A stretch of 64,000 nucleotides of DNA, taken from positions 124,001 through 188,000 of the forward strand of contig NZ_SMNA01000008.1 of assembly GCF_004353825.1 (NCBI RefSeq), read 5' to 3'. The DNA comes from Occultella glacieicola (GTDB taxonomy: Bacteria > Actinomycetota > Actinomycetes > Actinomycetales > Beutenbergiaceae). The notes beneath the pieces are model-generated. The model was not told the DNA's origin and made no database searches. It saw nothing but the letters and a program-made list of their open reading frames with translations. Below, piece after piece: positions 20,961 to 30,764 of this stretch (position 1 is the stretch's first letter; the number at the start of each line of letters is the position of its first letter). The position numbers and the translations under genes were made by a program.

Positions 20961-22643
20961 TCAGTGCCGGGCCAGGATCGCGGTGACGTCCGTCCCGGCC
21001 GGCAGCACTCCGTACTGCGCCGCCCGGTCCGCACCGAGGCGGGCCGCGACGAACGCCTCGGCCGACGCCGTCGGTGAGTGCCGCAGCATGAGCGAGGCCT
21101 GCATCGCCAGGGCGAGGGCCTCGGTGAGCCCGCGGGCGCCAGCCTGGCGGTCCACCGGTTCCTGGCCGGCGGCCGCGGTCAACAGTTCCCGGACCCGGCG
21201 AAGGTGTGCGTCGTAGGTGGGGTGCGCGCCGGCGGTGGTGGCCAACTCGTCGAGGACCGCCTGCACCGAACCGGGCTCGCGGGCGAGCGCGCGCAGGACG
21301 TCGAGGGCGATGACGTTGCCCGAGCCCTCCCAGATCGCCATCACCGGCTGCTCGCGGTAACGCATCGCGAGCGGGAACGCCTCGGTGTACCCGTTCCCAC
21401 CGAGGCACTCCAGCGCCTCGAACGCGTGGTGCGGCCCACGCTTGCAGACCCAGTACTTCGCAAGCGGGGTCGCGAGGCGGCGGAACGCGACGTCCGCCTC
21501 GGAGGCGTCGTCCTCGTAGGCCGCGGCCAACCGAAGAGACGTGAGGGTCGCGGCCTCGGCCTCCAGGGCCAGATCCGCGACGACCGCGGCCATGGCCGGC
21601 TGGTCGACGAGCCGGGACCCGAACGCCTGCCGGTGTCGGACGTGCCAGAGCGCCTCGGCCACCGCCTGGCGCATGCCCGCGGTACTGCCGAGCACGCAGT
21701 CGAGCCGGGTGCGGGCCACCATCTCGATGATGGTGCGAACGCCACGTCCCGGCTCGCCCACCAGGTGGCCGACGGTGCCCTCGAACTCGACCTCGCCGGA
21801 GGCGTTGGACCGGTTGCCGAGTTTGTCCTTGAGTCGCTGGATCCGGAACACGTTAGGGGTCGCATCCTCCAGCACGCGGGGCACCAGCAGGCAGGACAGC
21901 CCTTCGGCGTTACCGTTGCGGGACGTCTGGGCGAGCACCAGGAACGCGTCGGACATCGGCGCCGAGCAGAACCACTTGTGCCCGGTGATCAGGTAGTCGC
22001 TGCCGCCGGCGTGCTCGCCCCAGGTGGTGTTGGCGCGAACGTCCGAGCCACCCTGCTTCTCGGTCATGGCCATACCCAGGAGTGCGCCGGGCTTCGCAGC
22101 CGGCTCGGCGAGGGCACCGTCGTAGCCGCGGGCGAACAGTCGCGGCAGCCAGCGATCGGCCAGGTCCGGCGTGGTGCGCAGCGCCGGGACCGCCGCGTGC
22201 GTCATCGACACCGGGCACGCGTGCCCGGGCTCGACCTGGGCGAAGAGCATGAACGTCGCGGCCCGGGCGACGTGCGCGCCGGGACGGGGGTCAGACCAGC
22301 CGCTCGTGTGCGCACCGTGCGCGACCGCCTCGGCGATCACCCGGTGGTAGCCGGGGTCGTAGTCGACGAGGTCCACCCGGCGGCCCCACCGGTCGTGGCT
22401 GCGCAGCAGCGGAGGGCGGGTCTGCGCGGCCACCGCGTCGGCCTGGAACGCGGCCGACCCGATCAGGGCGCCCGCCTGCTCAAGCACCGGCAGCCCCCAC
22501 CCCGCACCGAATGTGGCCACGGCGTCGACGAGAACCGTGTTGCTGGTGAACTCGTTGACGTCCTCCCGCGCGGGTGCCTGGTTGACCACGTCGTGGGTCT
22601 CCCGGGCCCGTGGGTGCGTCGACTCCCGCTCGATGTCGGTCAT
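20961..22643 (-). CDS. AidB-like acyl-CoA dehydrogenase
   Basis: THDVVNQ, MTEKQGGSDV, GHKWFCSAP, KDKLGNRSNAS, IWEGSGN. Confidence 0.9.
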   Translation of the reverse strand: MTDIERESTHPRARETHDVVNQAPAREDVNEFTSNTVLVDAVATFGAGWGLPVLEQAGALIGSAAFQADAVAAQTRPPLLRSHDRWGRRVDLVDYDPGYHRVIAEAVAHGAHTSGWSDPRPGAHVARAATFMLFAQVEPGHACPVSMTHAAVPALRTTPDLADRWLPRLFARGYDGALAEPAAKPGALLGMAMTEKQGGSDVRANTTWGEHAGGSDYLITGHKWFCSAPMSDAFLVLAQTSRNGNAEGLSCLLVPRVLEDATPNVFRIQRLKDKLGNRSNASGEVEFEGTVGHLVGEPGRGVRTIIEMVARTRLDCVLGSTAGMRQAVAEALWHVRHRQAFGSRLVDQPAMAAVVADLALEAEAATLTSLRLAAAYEDDASEADVAFRRLATPLAKYWVCKRGPHHAFEALECLGGNGYTEAFPLAMRYREQPVMAIWEGSGNVIALDVLRALAREPGSVQAVLDELATTAGAHPTYDAHLRRVRELLTAAAGQEPVDRQAGARGLTEALALAMQASLMLRHSPTASAEAFVAARLGADRAAQYGVLPAGTDVTAILARH

Positions 22644-23254
22644 GGCCGCAGGGTGGCCAACCACTGCTCGGTCTCGCGGGAGGTCCGCAGGCGCACCACG
22701 GTGGGAGTCTCGGGCTCCGCCCCCGGGCCGCCGCCGGCCGCGTCCCCCGGAGTCTCGCTCGGCACCCGCCCGCGACCCGGCACGGTCGACGGGTCGGCGG
22801 CCCAGCGCCGGATCCGCTCCCGCTTGCGGGCCCAGCTCTGGAAGTGCCACCTGATGATCGAGTCCTTCGAGAAGGCCTGACGCCAGGACTCGGTGTTGCC
22901 GTTGCACATCTCCTCACGGGTGATCGCGCGGGAGAGGGTCCGGCGAACCAGCCGCTGCAGGGAGAACCAGCGCGGGTAGTCGAGGGCGACGATCAGCTCG
23001 ACCCGGGCGAGCGGCACGTCGACCCACTTGCCGTAGGCGGTGTCCATGACCCAGTGTTCCCGGGCGCAGATCTGCTCGGCGAGCCGGCGCTGCTCCTCAG
23101 GCGGCCGTTCGGTCCAGCCCGGAAGCCACCCGATCTCGTCGTCCACGGAATGCCATGGCAGGCCGCGGGCCTCGCCGATCCTGCGGGCCAGGGTGGTCTT
23201 GCCCGAACCCGTGACGCCGTAGACCAGGATCCGCCGAGCACGTGCGTCGTCCAT
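22640..23254 (-). CDS. adenylate kinase-like/topology-modulation P-loop protein
   Basis: GVTGSGKTT, CNGNTESWR; ATGA-coupled to the AidB-like gene. Confidence 0.8.
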   Translation of the reverse strand: MDDARARRILVYGVTGSGKTTLARRIGEARGLPWHSVDDEIGWLPGWTERPPEEQRRLAEQICAREHWVMDTAYGKWVDVPLARVELIVALDYPRWFSLQRLVRRTLSRAITREEMCNGNTESWRQAFSKDSIIRWHFQSWARKRERIRRWAADPSTVPGRGRVPSETPGDAAGGGPGAEPETPTVVRLRTSRETEQWLATLRP

Positions 23255-23372
23255 CGGGCCATGCTGGCACACGGTGGGTGTTCCGTCAGGGTCCCGCTCG
23301 AGCCGATCCAAGGGGGGCGGTCAGGGCGATCCCGGATGTTGCGGTCGCCGATTGGCCCGTACCGTTGAGGAC

Positions 23373-23633
23373 ATGGACGCAATCTTCGACACCATCCGCA
23401 AGTTCGGCTTCCGCCGGGGGCCCAGCCGGATCCTGGGCGGCCTCGGTGGCGGGATCGCCGAACAGACCGGCGTCAGCGTCGGTCTCGCCCGGATCCTGAT
23501 GCTGCTGCTCGGCCTGCTGCCCGTCATCGGCTGGGGCACCTACCTCGTCGCCTGGCTGCTGCTGCCCTGGCAGGACGGCTCGATCCCGCTCGAGCGATTC
23601 ATCCGCCAGCTGACGAACAGCCGCACCCAGTAG
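23373..23633 (+). CDS. PspC domain protein
   Basis: LGGLGGGIA...Y.VAWLLLP. Confidence 0.8.
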   Translation: MDAIFDTIRKFGFRRGPSRILGGLGGGIAEQTGVSVGLARILMLLLGLLPVIGWGTYLVAWLLLPWQDGSIPLERFIRQLTNSRTQ

Positions 23634-23654
23634 CCCGCGTGCCCTGCCTGCCGC

Positions 23655-25874
23655 TCAGGCCTGTGCGAGCACGAGCGGCAGGACCGCGCCGGCGCCCGCG
23701 CGCCGCAGCAGCATCGCAGCATAGGCGAGCGTCCAGCCCGAGTCGGTGTAGTCGTCCACCAGGACGACGCTCTTTCCGGCCAGACCGGTGGCGGCCGCAT
23801 CGGACAGGTCCAGCTCGAGCCGGCGTGCCACGGCCGCCAGGCGCTGGGCGGAGTTCACGTCATGTCGACCCGGCCCGCGTTCCGGCGCCGGCGCGACCCG
23901 CCCCACCATCGGGACCTTGAGCAGGCGGGCGACCCCCTGTGCGAGGTGCTGCACCAATTCGGGGCGGGTGGCCGAGTCCACGAACACCACACCGTCGGCG
24001 TTCGGTGCCCAGTCGGCGACCACCCGCATCAGCGGCGTCCGCAGGCCGACCGGCAGTTCGCCGTCGGGCGTGGACCCACCCACCGGCGCGAACAACTCAC
24101 GCAGCGGCACCGACCACCCCAACCCGTCCAGCCGCGCGATGGCGCGACCCGTTTGCGCCCGCTCGCCCTCGCCCAGCCGTCCGCGCAGGTCCACCCCGAG
24201 CTCGGACATCCCGCTGGGCCACTGCCGCCGCGGTGTGATCTCGATGCCCGGGGTGTCCAGGCGCTCGCGGGCCGCCTCCACCACGTCCAGGTCCGGCGGC
24301 TCCGGCACGGTGACTCCACCGCAGTTGTCACAGCGCCCGCAGCGTTCGCCTTCCGCCAGTTCCGGGTCGTCCAGGTCCCGGCGCAGGAACGCCATGCGAC
24401 ATGCGTCGGTGCGTTCGTACGCGATCATCGCGTCCTGCTCGGCGACGCGGGCCGCCTCGACCCTCTCGTAGCGGTCGGCGTCATAGGCCCATTCCTGACC
24501 CGTGGCCGCCCAGCCACCCTGGACCCGGCGCACTGCGCCGTCCACGTCCAGGACCTTGAGCATCATCTCCAGCCGGGTCCGGCGCAGGTCGACCTGCGTC
24601 TCGAGGGCCGCCACGGACAACGCCCCCTCGCCGAGCATGGGCAGCGCGTCGATCGCGGTGCGCACGTCGGAGGCCTTCGGGAATGCGAGCGAGCCGAAGT
24701 AGTCCCAGATCTGCTTGTCCTCCGCGCCGGGCAGCAGGACCACGTCCGCGCGTTCGACGGCGCGTCCGGCGCGGCCGACCTGCTGGTAGTAGGCGATCGG
24801 CGACGGCGGCGCACCGAGGTGGATCACGAAGCCCAGATCCGGCTTGTCGAAGCCCATCCCGAGGGCGGAGGTGGCCACCAGCGCCTTGACCCGGTTCTCC
24901 TTCAGGTCCGACTCGAGTGCCTCCCGCTCGCTGGGGTCGGTCGCGCCCGTGTACGCCTGCACCGCGTAGCCGGCGCCCCGCAGCTGCCGGGCGACCTCCT
25001 CGGCGGCGGCCACCGTCAGGCAGTAGACGATCCCCGAACCGGCGTAGGAGCTCAGGTTGGCCGTGAGCCAGGCGATCCGGGTCGGTTGGTCGGGCAGGTG
25101 CGCGACGGCCAGGTGCAGGGAGGGCCGATCGAGCCCACCACGCAGCACGAGCACATCCGTGCCGAGCTGCTCGGCGACGTCCGCGGTCACGCGCTCGTTC
25201 GCGGTCGCCGTGGTGGCCAGAACCGGGATGCCGTCGGGGAGGTCGTCGAGCAAGGTGCGGATCCGCCGGTAGTCGGGCCGGAAGTCGTGACCCCAGTCCG
25301 AGATGCAGTGCGCCTCGTCCACGACGACGAGTCCGGCGCTCGCGGCCAGGCGGGGGAGGACCTCGTCCCGGAACGCCGGGTTGTTCAGGCGCTCCGGTGA
25401 GCAGAGCAGCACGTCCACCTCGCCGGCGGCGATCTGCTCGTGAATGGCGGCCCACTCGGTGGTGTTCGCCGAATTGATCGTCACGGCGCGGATCCCGGCC
25501 CGCGATGCCGCCGCGATCTGGTCACGCATCAGCGCCAGGAGCGGGGAGATGATCACGCTCGGCCCGGCGCCGTGTTCGCGCAGGAGTGAGGTGGCCACGA
25601 AGTAGACGGCGGACTTGCCCCATCCCGTGCGCTGCACCACGAGAGCCCGACGGCCGTCGTCGACCAGCGCGGCGATGGCCCGCCACTGGTCGTCGCGCAG
25701 TTCCGCGGCGTCGGAGCCCACCAGGCGCCGCAGCACGGTCGTTGCCCGCGCCCGGGTGTCGATCGGTGCGTGACTGTTCGTGGTGTCACCGTTCCGCTCG
25801 TCATCGTTCGGTGCGGCTGTGCTCGGAGCGGTGAGGCCGGCATCCGCGGTGTCGCTCGCTGGTGTCTCACTCAT
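23655..25874 (-). CDS. RecQ family helicase with C-terminal phosphoribosyltransferase-like domain
   Basis: TGWGKS, DEAHCISDWGHDFRPDY, QQVGRAGR, CRM..CGRCDNC, LVDD..DSGWT. Confidence 0.92.
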   Translation of the reverse strand: MSETPASDTADAGLTAPSTAAPNDDERNGDTTNSHAPIDTRARATTVLRRLVGSDAAELRDDQWRAIAALVDDGRRALVVQRTGWGKSAVYFVATSLLREHGAGPSVIISPLLALMRDQIAAASRAGIRAVTINSANTTEWAAIHEQIAAGEVDVLLCSPERLNNPAFRDEVLPRLAASAGLVVVDEAHCISDWGHDFRPDYRRIRTLLDDLPDGIPVLATTATANERVTADVAEQLGTDVLVLRGGLDRPSLHLAVAHLPDQPTRIAWLTANLSSYAGSGIVYCLTVAAAEEVARQLRGAGYAVQAYTGATDPSEREALESDLKENRVKALVATSALGMGFDKPDLGFVIHLGAPPSPIAYYQQVGRAGRAVERADVVLLPGAEDKQIWDYFGSLAFPKASDVRTAIDALPMLGEGALSVAALETQVDLRRTRLEMMLKVLDVDGAVRRVQGGWAATGQEWAYDADRYERVEAARVAEQDAMIAYERTDACRMAFLRRDLDDPELAEGERCGRCDNCGGVTVPEPPDLDVVEAARERLDTPGIEITPRRQWPSGMSELGVDLRGRLGEGERAQTGRAIARLDGLGWSVPLRELFAPVGGSTPDGELPVGLRTPLMRVVADWAPNADGVVFVDSATRPELVQHLAQGVARLLKVPMVGRVAPAPERGPGRHDVNSAQRLAAVARRLELDLSDAAATGLAGKSVVLVDDYTDSGWTLAYAAMLLRRAGAGAVLPLVLAQA

Positions 25875-26202
25875 CGACGGCAGCCTTTCATGCCGGGCCG
25901 ACACACGCGCGCGGCCTGTGGATCGACCTGGTCCACCAGCCCGGAAGTGTGTCGCGAAGTGTCCTTCAATGTCTAGACGATGAGGGATCGCGTCGAGCAC
26001 TTGTGTTACCCAGGGGTGTTCGGTTCATGCCGATTGAGGCGAACTGGCGGAGTCATCGTCGATGATTCCAGCCGACAGTTCGCCTCGAGGTGCCATCTCC
26101 GTCTAGGCTGACGACTAGACGTAGCGGCGTCCATGCCGCACAATCCAGTGGTCCGTCCGGCCTCTGGCGACGGACAGACCTACCACCCCTTGGAATCGAG
26201 CC

Positions 26203-28002
26203 ATGACGCCCCACTCCCTTCGTGCCCGTGCCGGTACTCGCGTCGGAGCCGCGACGATCGCGGCCGTGCTGATCCTCGTCGGGTTCGGAAGCCCGGCCTG
26301 GGCACAGCCAGCCGCGGACGACACGACCGCACCCGCCGAGGAGACGTCCGAGCCGGTCGAGGGCGAGACCCCGCAACCCCAGCCCACCGACCCGACGGAC
26401 GGCGGCCCGACGGACGGCGACCCGACGGCGCACCCCACCCCCGAGGTGACGGAGCCACCGACTGACGAGGACGGTTCGACCGCCGCACCCGACGAGTCGT
26501 CCGCGAACCTGGTTGCGCCGCAGTCCGTGACGGCCGCGGCCGTTCCGATCCTGGTCGCCCCGCTGCGCCCGGGCACGTACCGCATGACGTCGGCGCAGGG
26601 ACCACGGTGCGCCCCGACGATCAATGCCTCGCTTGCCCACATGGGGCAGGACATGGCCGCCCCGCTGGGCACGCCGATCTATGCGATCGCAGCCGGGGTC
26701 GTGCGCTACGCGAGGCCGGAGGCCTCGGCCGGGCAGTGGATCGTCATCGAGCACGTGATCGACGGCCGCATCGTCAGCAGTTCCTACTCGCACTCGCGTA
26801 ACGCCACCGAGTTCGTCCGCGCCGGCGACCGGGTGGCGGCCGGCCAGCGCATCGCCACCGTGGCCTCGACCGGTGTCTCCACCGGGCCGCACCTGCACCT
26901 TGAGATCTGGGAGGGTCGCTACGGCAACGCAGCCGGCGGGAAGGTCGTCAACCCGGACACCTGGCTCGCTGCCCGCGGCGTGTCCCTGCGCGCCGGGGCG
27001 ACGTCCGTATCCACGGTGAAGCCACCGACCTCATGCACCTACTGGGCGGCCGGGACGACAACCCTGTACGCGTCCCCGTCACGCAGCGCCGCGATCGTCA
27101 CCATGGTCCGGGGTGGAACCGTTCTGACCACCCCCGGTGCCGGTGTGAAGACCAACGGGTTCATCCAGGTCACCACCTCGGGCACCACCGGGTGGGCGCC
27201 GGCGGGCCAGGTCTCCCCGAAGCGCACCAGCGTGACGCCGATCCCTCGCCACGTCGTCAACCTCGACTACACCGGTGATGGCGTCTCCGACGTCCTCGCG
27301 GCCGACGCGGCCGGACGCCTTCGCCTGTACCCCGGGAACGGCGCCGGGGGATGGGCGAGCTCCCGGCAGGTCGGTGCCGGCTGGTCCGGGTTCCAACTGA
27401 TCGCTGCCAATGACTTCAACCGGGACGGCCGGGCCGACATCTTCGGTGTCGACACGACGGGACGCCTGTACTTCTACGCGGGCACCGGCAACGGCGGGTT
27501 CTCCACGCGGGTAGCCTTCGGGCGCGGCTGGTCCGCCCTGACCAACGTCTTCTCACCGGGTGACTTCAACGGTGACGGGAAGGCGGACCTGGTCGCCACC
27601 GACAGCGCCGGCCTTCTCTGGCTCTACCGAGGCAACGGCTCCGGTGGATTCTTACCCGGCCGCGTCCAGATCGGGCACGGTTGGCAGATGTTCACCCAGG
27701 TCATCGCCGGTGGAGACGCGAATCGCGACGGCCGTCCGGACATCCTGGCGGTAAACCGCTCCGGCCGACTGTTCGGCTACTTCGGCAATGGAACCGGCCG
27801 CTTCACCGGGTCACGGCAACTCGGTCACGGGTGGTCCGGTCTTCAGGTGCACGGTGTCGGCGGGTTCGACCTGGACGCTTACGACGACTACCTGGCGATC
27901 ACGGCAGACGGGCGGATGTACCTCTACCGCGGTTCCCCGTCGGCCTGGGTGGGTGCCGGTCAGCAGGTCGGCCGCGGCTGGTCGACGATGCGCCTGGCCT
28001 GA
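26203..28002 (+). CDS. secreted M23 peptidase with SH3-like and FG-GAP/tachylectin-like repeats
   Basis: signal peptide (AWA), HMGQD and GPHLHLE zinc motifs, five D(F/Y)xxDG...LY.GNG...G.GW repeats. Confidence 0.85.
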   Translation: MTPHSLRARAGTRVGAATIAAVLILVGFGSPAWAQPAADDTTAPAEETSEPVEGETPQPQPTDPTDGGPTDGDPTAHPTPEVTEPPTDEDGSTAAPDESSANLVAPQSVTAAAVPILVAPLRPGTYRMTSAQGPRCAPTINASLAHMGQDMAAPLGTPIYAIAAGVVRYARPEASAGQWIVIEHVIDGRIVSSSYSHSRNATEFVRAGDRVAAGQRIATVASTGVSTGPHLHLEIWEGRYGNAAGGKVVNPDTWLAARGVSLRAGATSVSTVKPPTSCTYWAAGTTTLYASPSRSAAIVTMVRGGTVLTTPGAGVKTNGFIQVTTSGTTGWAPAGQVSPKRTSVTPIPRHVVNLDYTGDGVSDVLAADAAGRLRLYPGNGAGGWASSRQVGAGWSGFQLIAANDFNRDGRADIFGVDTTGRLYFYAGTGNGGFSTRVAFGRGWSALTNVFSPGDFNGDGKADLVATDSAGLLWLYRGNGSGGFLPGRVQIGHGWQMFTQVIAGGDANRDGRPDILAVNRSGRLFGYFGNGTGRFTGSRQLGHGWSGLQVHGVGGFDLDAYDDYLAITADGRMYLYRGSPSAWVGAGQQVGRGWSTMRLA

Positions 28003-28123
28003 TCCGGCGCCGTCCGGGTCCTGCACCGCCTCGACGGTGGCGCCAGGTTTGCTCACGGACAGCCGTCCGTGTGGGGCTAAGTGGCGGGGACCACCCGCCC
28101 GTGGTCGCGCCGGCCGCCGGGTC

Positions 28124-30079
28124 TCACGCAGCCGTGGCGTCCGGGCGAACTTGCCCGTCCTCCGTGCGAGGTCCGTCGGCGACGTTCTCCTCGGCTCGGG
28201 CCTGCTCGTTCTGTCGGTGGATGTCCCAGTTGCCCATGACGGTGCTGACGGCGTCCACGAGGTGCAGCGGGCCGCCGCCGATGGGGGTCAGAGGGTGGTT
28301 GGGATCGCGGAACTGGTCGGGGTCGGATGCTTCCGCGGAAGCGACGCCTGGACCTGATTCGTCGCGGATCGTCGGAGCTGCGCCGGATTCGGGGCTCGTC
28401 GGCCCTGATCCGGCGAGCTCCTTCGGCGTGGTCGTGGCCACGGGGGCTGCGACGGGCTCGGACGTGTGCGCGGCAACCGTAGAAGGGGCCACGGTGACTG
28501 GCGGCGTTGGTACCGAGGTGAGGATCCGGCCGTCGGGGGTGGTGAAGAAGACGGTCCCGTCTTCTCGCAGGGTGATGTCGTAGTTGCCTTCGTGGAGGAG
28601 TCGGTGGTGGGTGGCGCAGAGCAGGACCAGGTTGGTCAGGGTGGTCGGGCCGCCGTCGGCCCAGTGGTGGATGTGGTGGGCGTGGAGGTAGGCGCGGCGG
28701 TGGCAGCCGGGTGCGCGGCAGCCGTGGTCGCGGGACCAGAGTGCGCGTCTGAGGGCGGCGTTGGTGCTGCGTACGCGTGGGCTGACCTCGAGGGTGCGGC
28801 CGGGGCGGGCGTTGGGCACGACGGTGAATCCGGAGGTGTGGTTGGCGTGTAGGTGGGTGACGACGCCGGTGTCGCAGGTCAGGCGGCGCGCGGTCTCGGG
28901 GTGCAGGGCCGGGCCCAGCTCCAGGTGTGGCCCGATCAACTTCGCCGTGTCCGGCGGATCCTCCTCAGCCGTGGCCGGGTCGGCCCCCGGCGCTTCCGCG
29001 GAAGCGCCGGGGCCGGCGATGCCTGTGATTGGGGTGACGGTGGTGAAGCCACCGCGTTGCGCGCCGTCCTCGACTGCCTCGTGGGTGGCGTCATCGGAGC
29101 GCGCCGCTGGATCGCTCCTGAGAGTTCGGGTGTCCTCGCGCCCGAGCCCGTCGGCGGTCTCGGTGGGCTCGAGGACCTCGGGTTCAATGGGGCCGGCCGT
29201 GTCCGTGGGTGCGGGCCGCGCGTTGGCGAGGTCGTCGAGGGTGACGTGCAGGACGGTTTCGCCGCGTCGCTGGCCCCGGGGGGTGTGCGCACCGGTGGAG
29301 ACCGCCGCCTGATCACCGGTGGTGGCGGCGTGGCCGGGGTGGGCCACGACGGACTGTTCACAGATCAGGATCAGCGCATCGATGAGGGCGTGCCCGTGCA
29401 CGACACTCTCCCGCAGCCAGGGCGGTGGTTCGGGATCCGTGGAGTGCCCGGCGTCGGTGTCCTTGAGGTAGTCACCGACCCGGTTCAACTCCTCGATCAG
29501 GACCGCGGCGTCCTCCGGCGAGCACCGCCCGGAGAAGGAATAGGAACCATCGAGTTCCTCCCGGAAACGCAGGTGCCGCTCACCGTGGAGCTGGTTCACC
29601 TCATCCAGCGACCGCGCGGTGCGCACCCCGGCCACGAACCGCTCCAACTGGTTCGCGGTCGCCGACGCGGCCACGGCCAGCAGTTCCGGTTCGGTCTCGG
29701 CCGTGGCGACTCTGGTGATCGCCCGGACCTTCGAGAACGACAAGTGCCCGGCCGCGAACACTGCCGTGGTACCCGGTAGGACGGTCAGAGCATGCGCGAT
29801 CCGCACATGTTCACGGGCGGTGGTCGCCGACATCCCGCACCGCCAGGACAGCCAGTTCACGCAGGAAGCGAACCCGCCCGTGTTCCAACCCTGACGATCA
29901 TCGAACTCGGCCAATAACAGCAGGAACCGACACGTCGACGCCGCGATCTTGACCGCCAACCCGGACAGCTCCGCCTCGATCTCCTCCAACGGCCGCACCT
30001 CGCCAGGATCGAGTGGGGCTGCACCGGGATCGTCGGACAGCCGACTCGCGGGTTGGGTCTGGAAACTGGCTGTGGTCAT
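28124..30079 (-). CDS. DUF222 plus HNH endonuclease (13E12-repeat-like family)
   Basis: N-terminal WLSWRCGMS..TAREHVR, LSFSKVRAITRVA; C-terminal RDHGCRAPGC..HHI.HW.DGG.T..NLVLLC..HH..H; AGGAGG RBS. Confidence 0.9.
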   Translation of the reverse strand: MTTASFQTQPASRLSDDPGAAPLDPGEVRPLEEIEAELSGLAVKIAASTCRFLLLLAEFDDRQGWNTGGFASCVNWLSWRCGMSATTAREHVRIAHALTVLPGTTAVFAAGHLSFSKVRAITRVATAETEPELLAVAASATANQLERFVAGVRTARSLDEVNQLHGERHLRFREELDGSYSFSGRCSPEDAAVLIEELNRVGDYLKDTDAGHSTDPEPPPWLRESVVHGHALIDALILICEQSVVAHPGHAATTGDQAAVSTGAHTPRGQRRGETVLHVTLDDLANARPAPTDTAGPIEPEVLEPTETADGLGREDTRTLRSDPAARSDDATHEAVEDGAQRGGFTTVTPITGIAGPGASAEAPGADPATAEEDPPDTAKLIGPHLELGPALHPETARRLTCDTGVVTHLHANHTSGFTVVPNARPGRTLEVSPRVRSTNAALRRALWSRDHGCRAPGCHRRAYLHAHHIHHWADGGPTTLTNLVLLCATHHRLLHEGNYDITLREDGTVFFTTPDGRILTSVPTPPVTVAPSTVAAHTSEPVAAPVATTTPKELAGSGPTSPESGAAPTIRDESGPGVASAEASDPDQFRDPNHPLTPIGGGPLHLVDAVSTVMGNWDIHRQNEQARAEENVADGPRTEDGQVRPDATAA

Positions 30080-30093
30080 GGCAACCTCCTAGT

Positions 30094-30132
30094 TGAAACA
30101 CCTGTTCTAATCGTAGGCTCGGGCACCGACAA
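30094..30132 (-). promoter_or_regulatory. LexA-like SOS box plus PafBC/RecA-NDp promoter of the HNH gene
   Basis: minus strand reads TTGTCGGTG-N8-TACGAT, then directly TAGAACaggtGTTTCA. Confidence 0.8.
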
Positions 30133-30169
30133 CGTGATCGGGGCTTGTGGATGGCTGGTGCGGCTGCGT

Positions 30170-30548
30170 CCGCGGGGCGCTTCCGCTGAGGCGGTCTGCG
30201 GTCGCGAGGGCGGGCGCCGGCGGGGACGAGACGCTTCCGCTGAAGCAGTCTCGGGTCACGGGGACGGCGCGCCGGCGGGGAGGGGGCGCTTCCGTTGAAG
30301 CGGTCTCGGGTCACGGGCCGGGGGTGTCGGCGGGGACGGGATGCTTGCGAGAAGCGGTCAGTGGTCGCGGGGGACGGAACGCTTCCGCTGGGGTGTGTGC
30401 GGACGGGACGGGACGCTTCCGCGGAAGCGTGTCGTGGATTCGGATCCCGGTCTGTCGCAGCGCACATCCGGGGCGCGCCGACGAGGCGGCGGCGAATGGT
30501 CCGCACGTGCGGTGGCGCAGTGACGGGGCGCTTCCGGGGAAGCGGTGG
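30170..30548. repeat. degenerate 54-55 bp repeat array with GCTTCCGC(T/G)GAAGC core
   Basis: cores at 30179, 30233, 30288, 30343, 30381, 30415, 30530. Confidence 0.8.
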
Positions 30549-30636
30549 GCGATCCGTGGACGGCCGTGCCCGGGCTGCTGCCTGCGCGGTGGTCGATCGC
30601 CGCGCCAGCCCGGTGAGTGGGCGTATGGCGCGATGT

Positions 30637-30764
30637 GCTCGGTCCCGACGATGGCTGCGTCGCGTGGCGCGCTCGGTCCGACTATTGCTGCATCGCGTGC
30701 GGACGATGGATGCGTCGCGTGGTGCGCTCGGACCCGACGATGGCTGCGTCGCGGTGCGCTCGGT
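30637..30764. repeat. second degenerate repeat, 32-34 bp (GCTCGGTCCCGACGATGGCTGCGTCGCGTGG)
   Basis: units start at 30637, 30671, about 30702 (partial), 30726, 30758 (partial). Confidence 0.75.

Noticed and set aside
25875..26202. c-di-AMP (ydaO) riboswitch before the M23 gene
   Set aside because: Expected by context, but I could not find the conserved GCCGAA...GGAACCGGGG-type blocks; an Infernal search would settle it
30170..30548. Canonical CRISPR array
   Set aside because: Repeats are degenerate, variable parts only about 10 nt, and no cas genes; kept as an unexplained array
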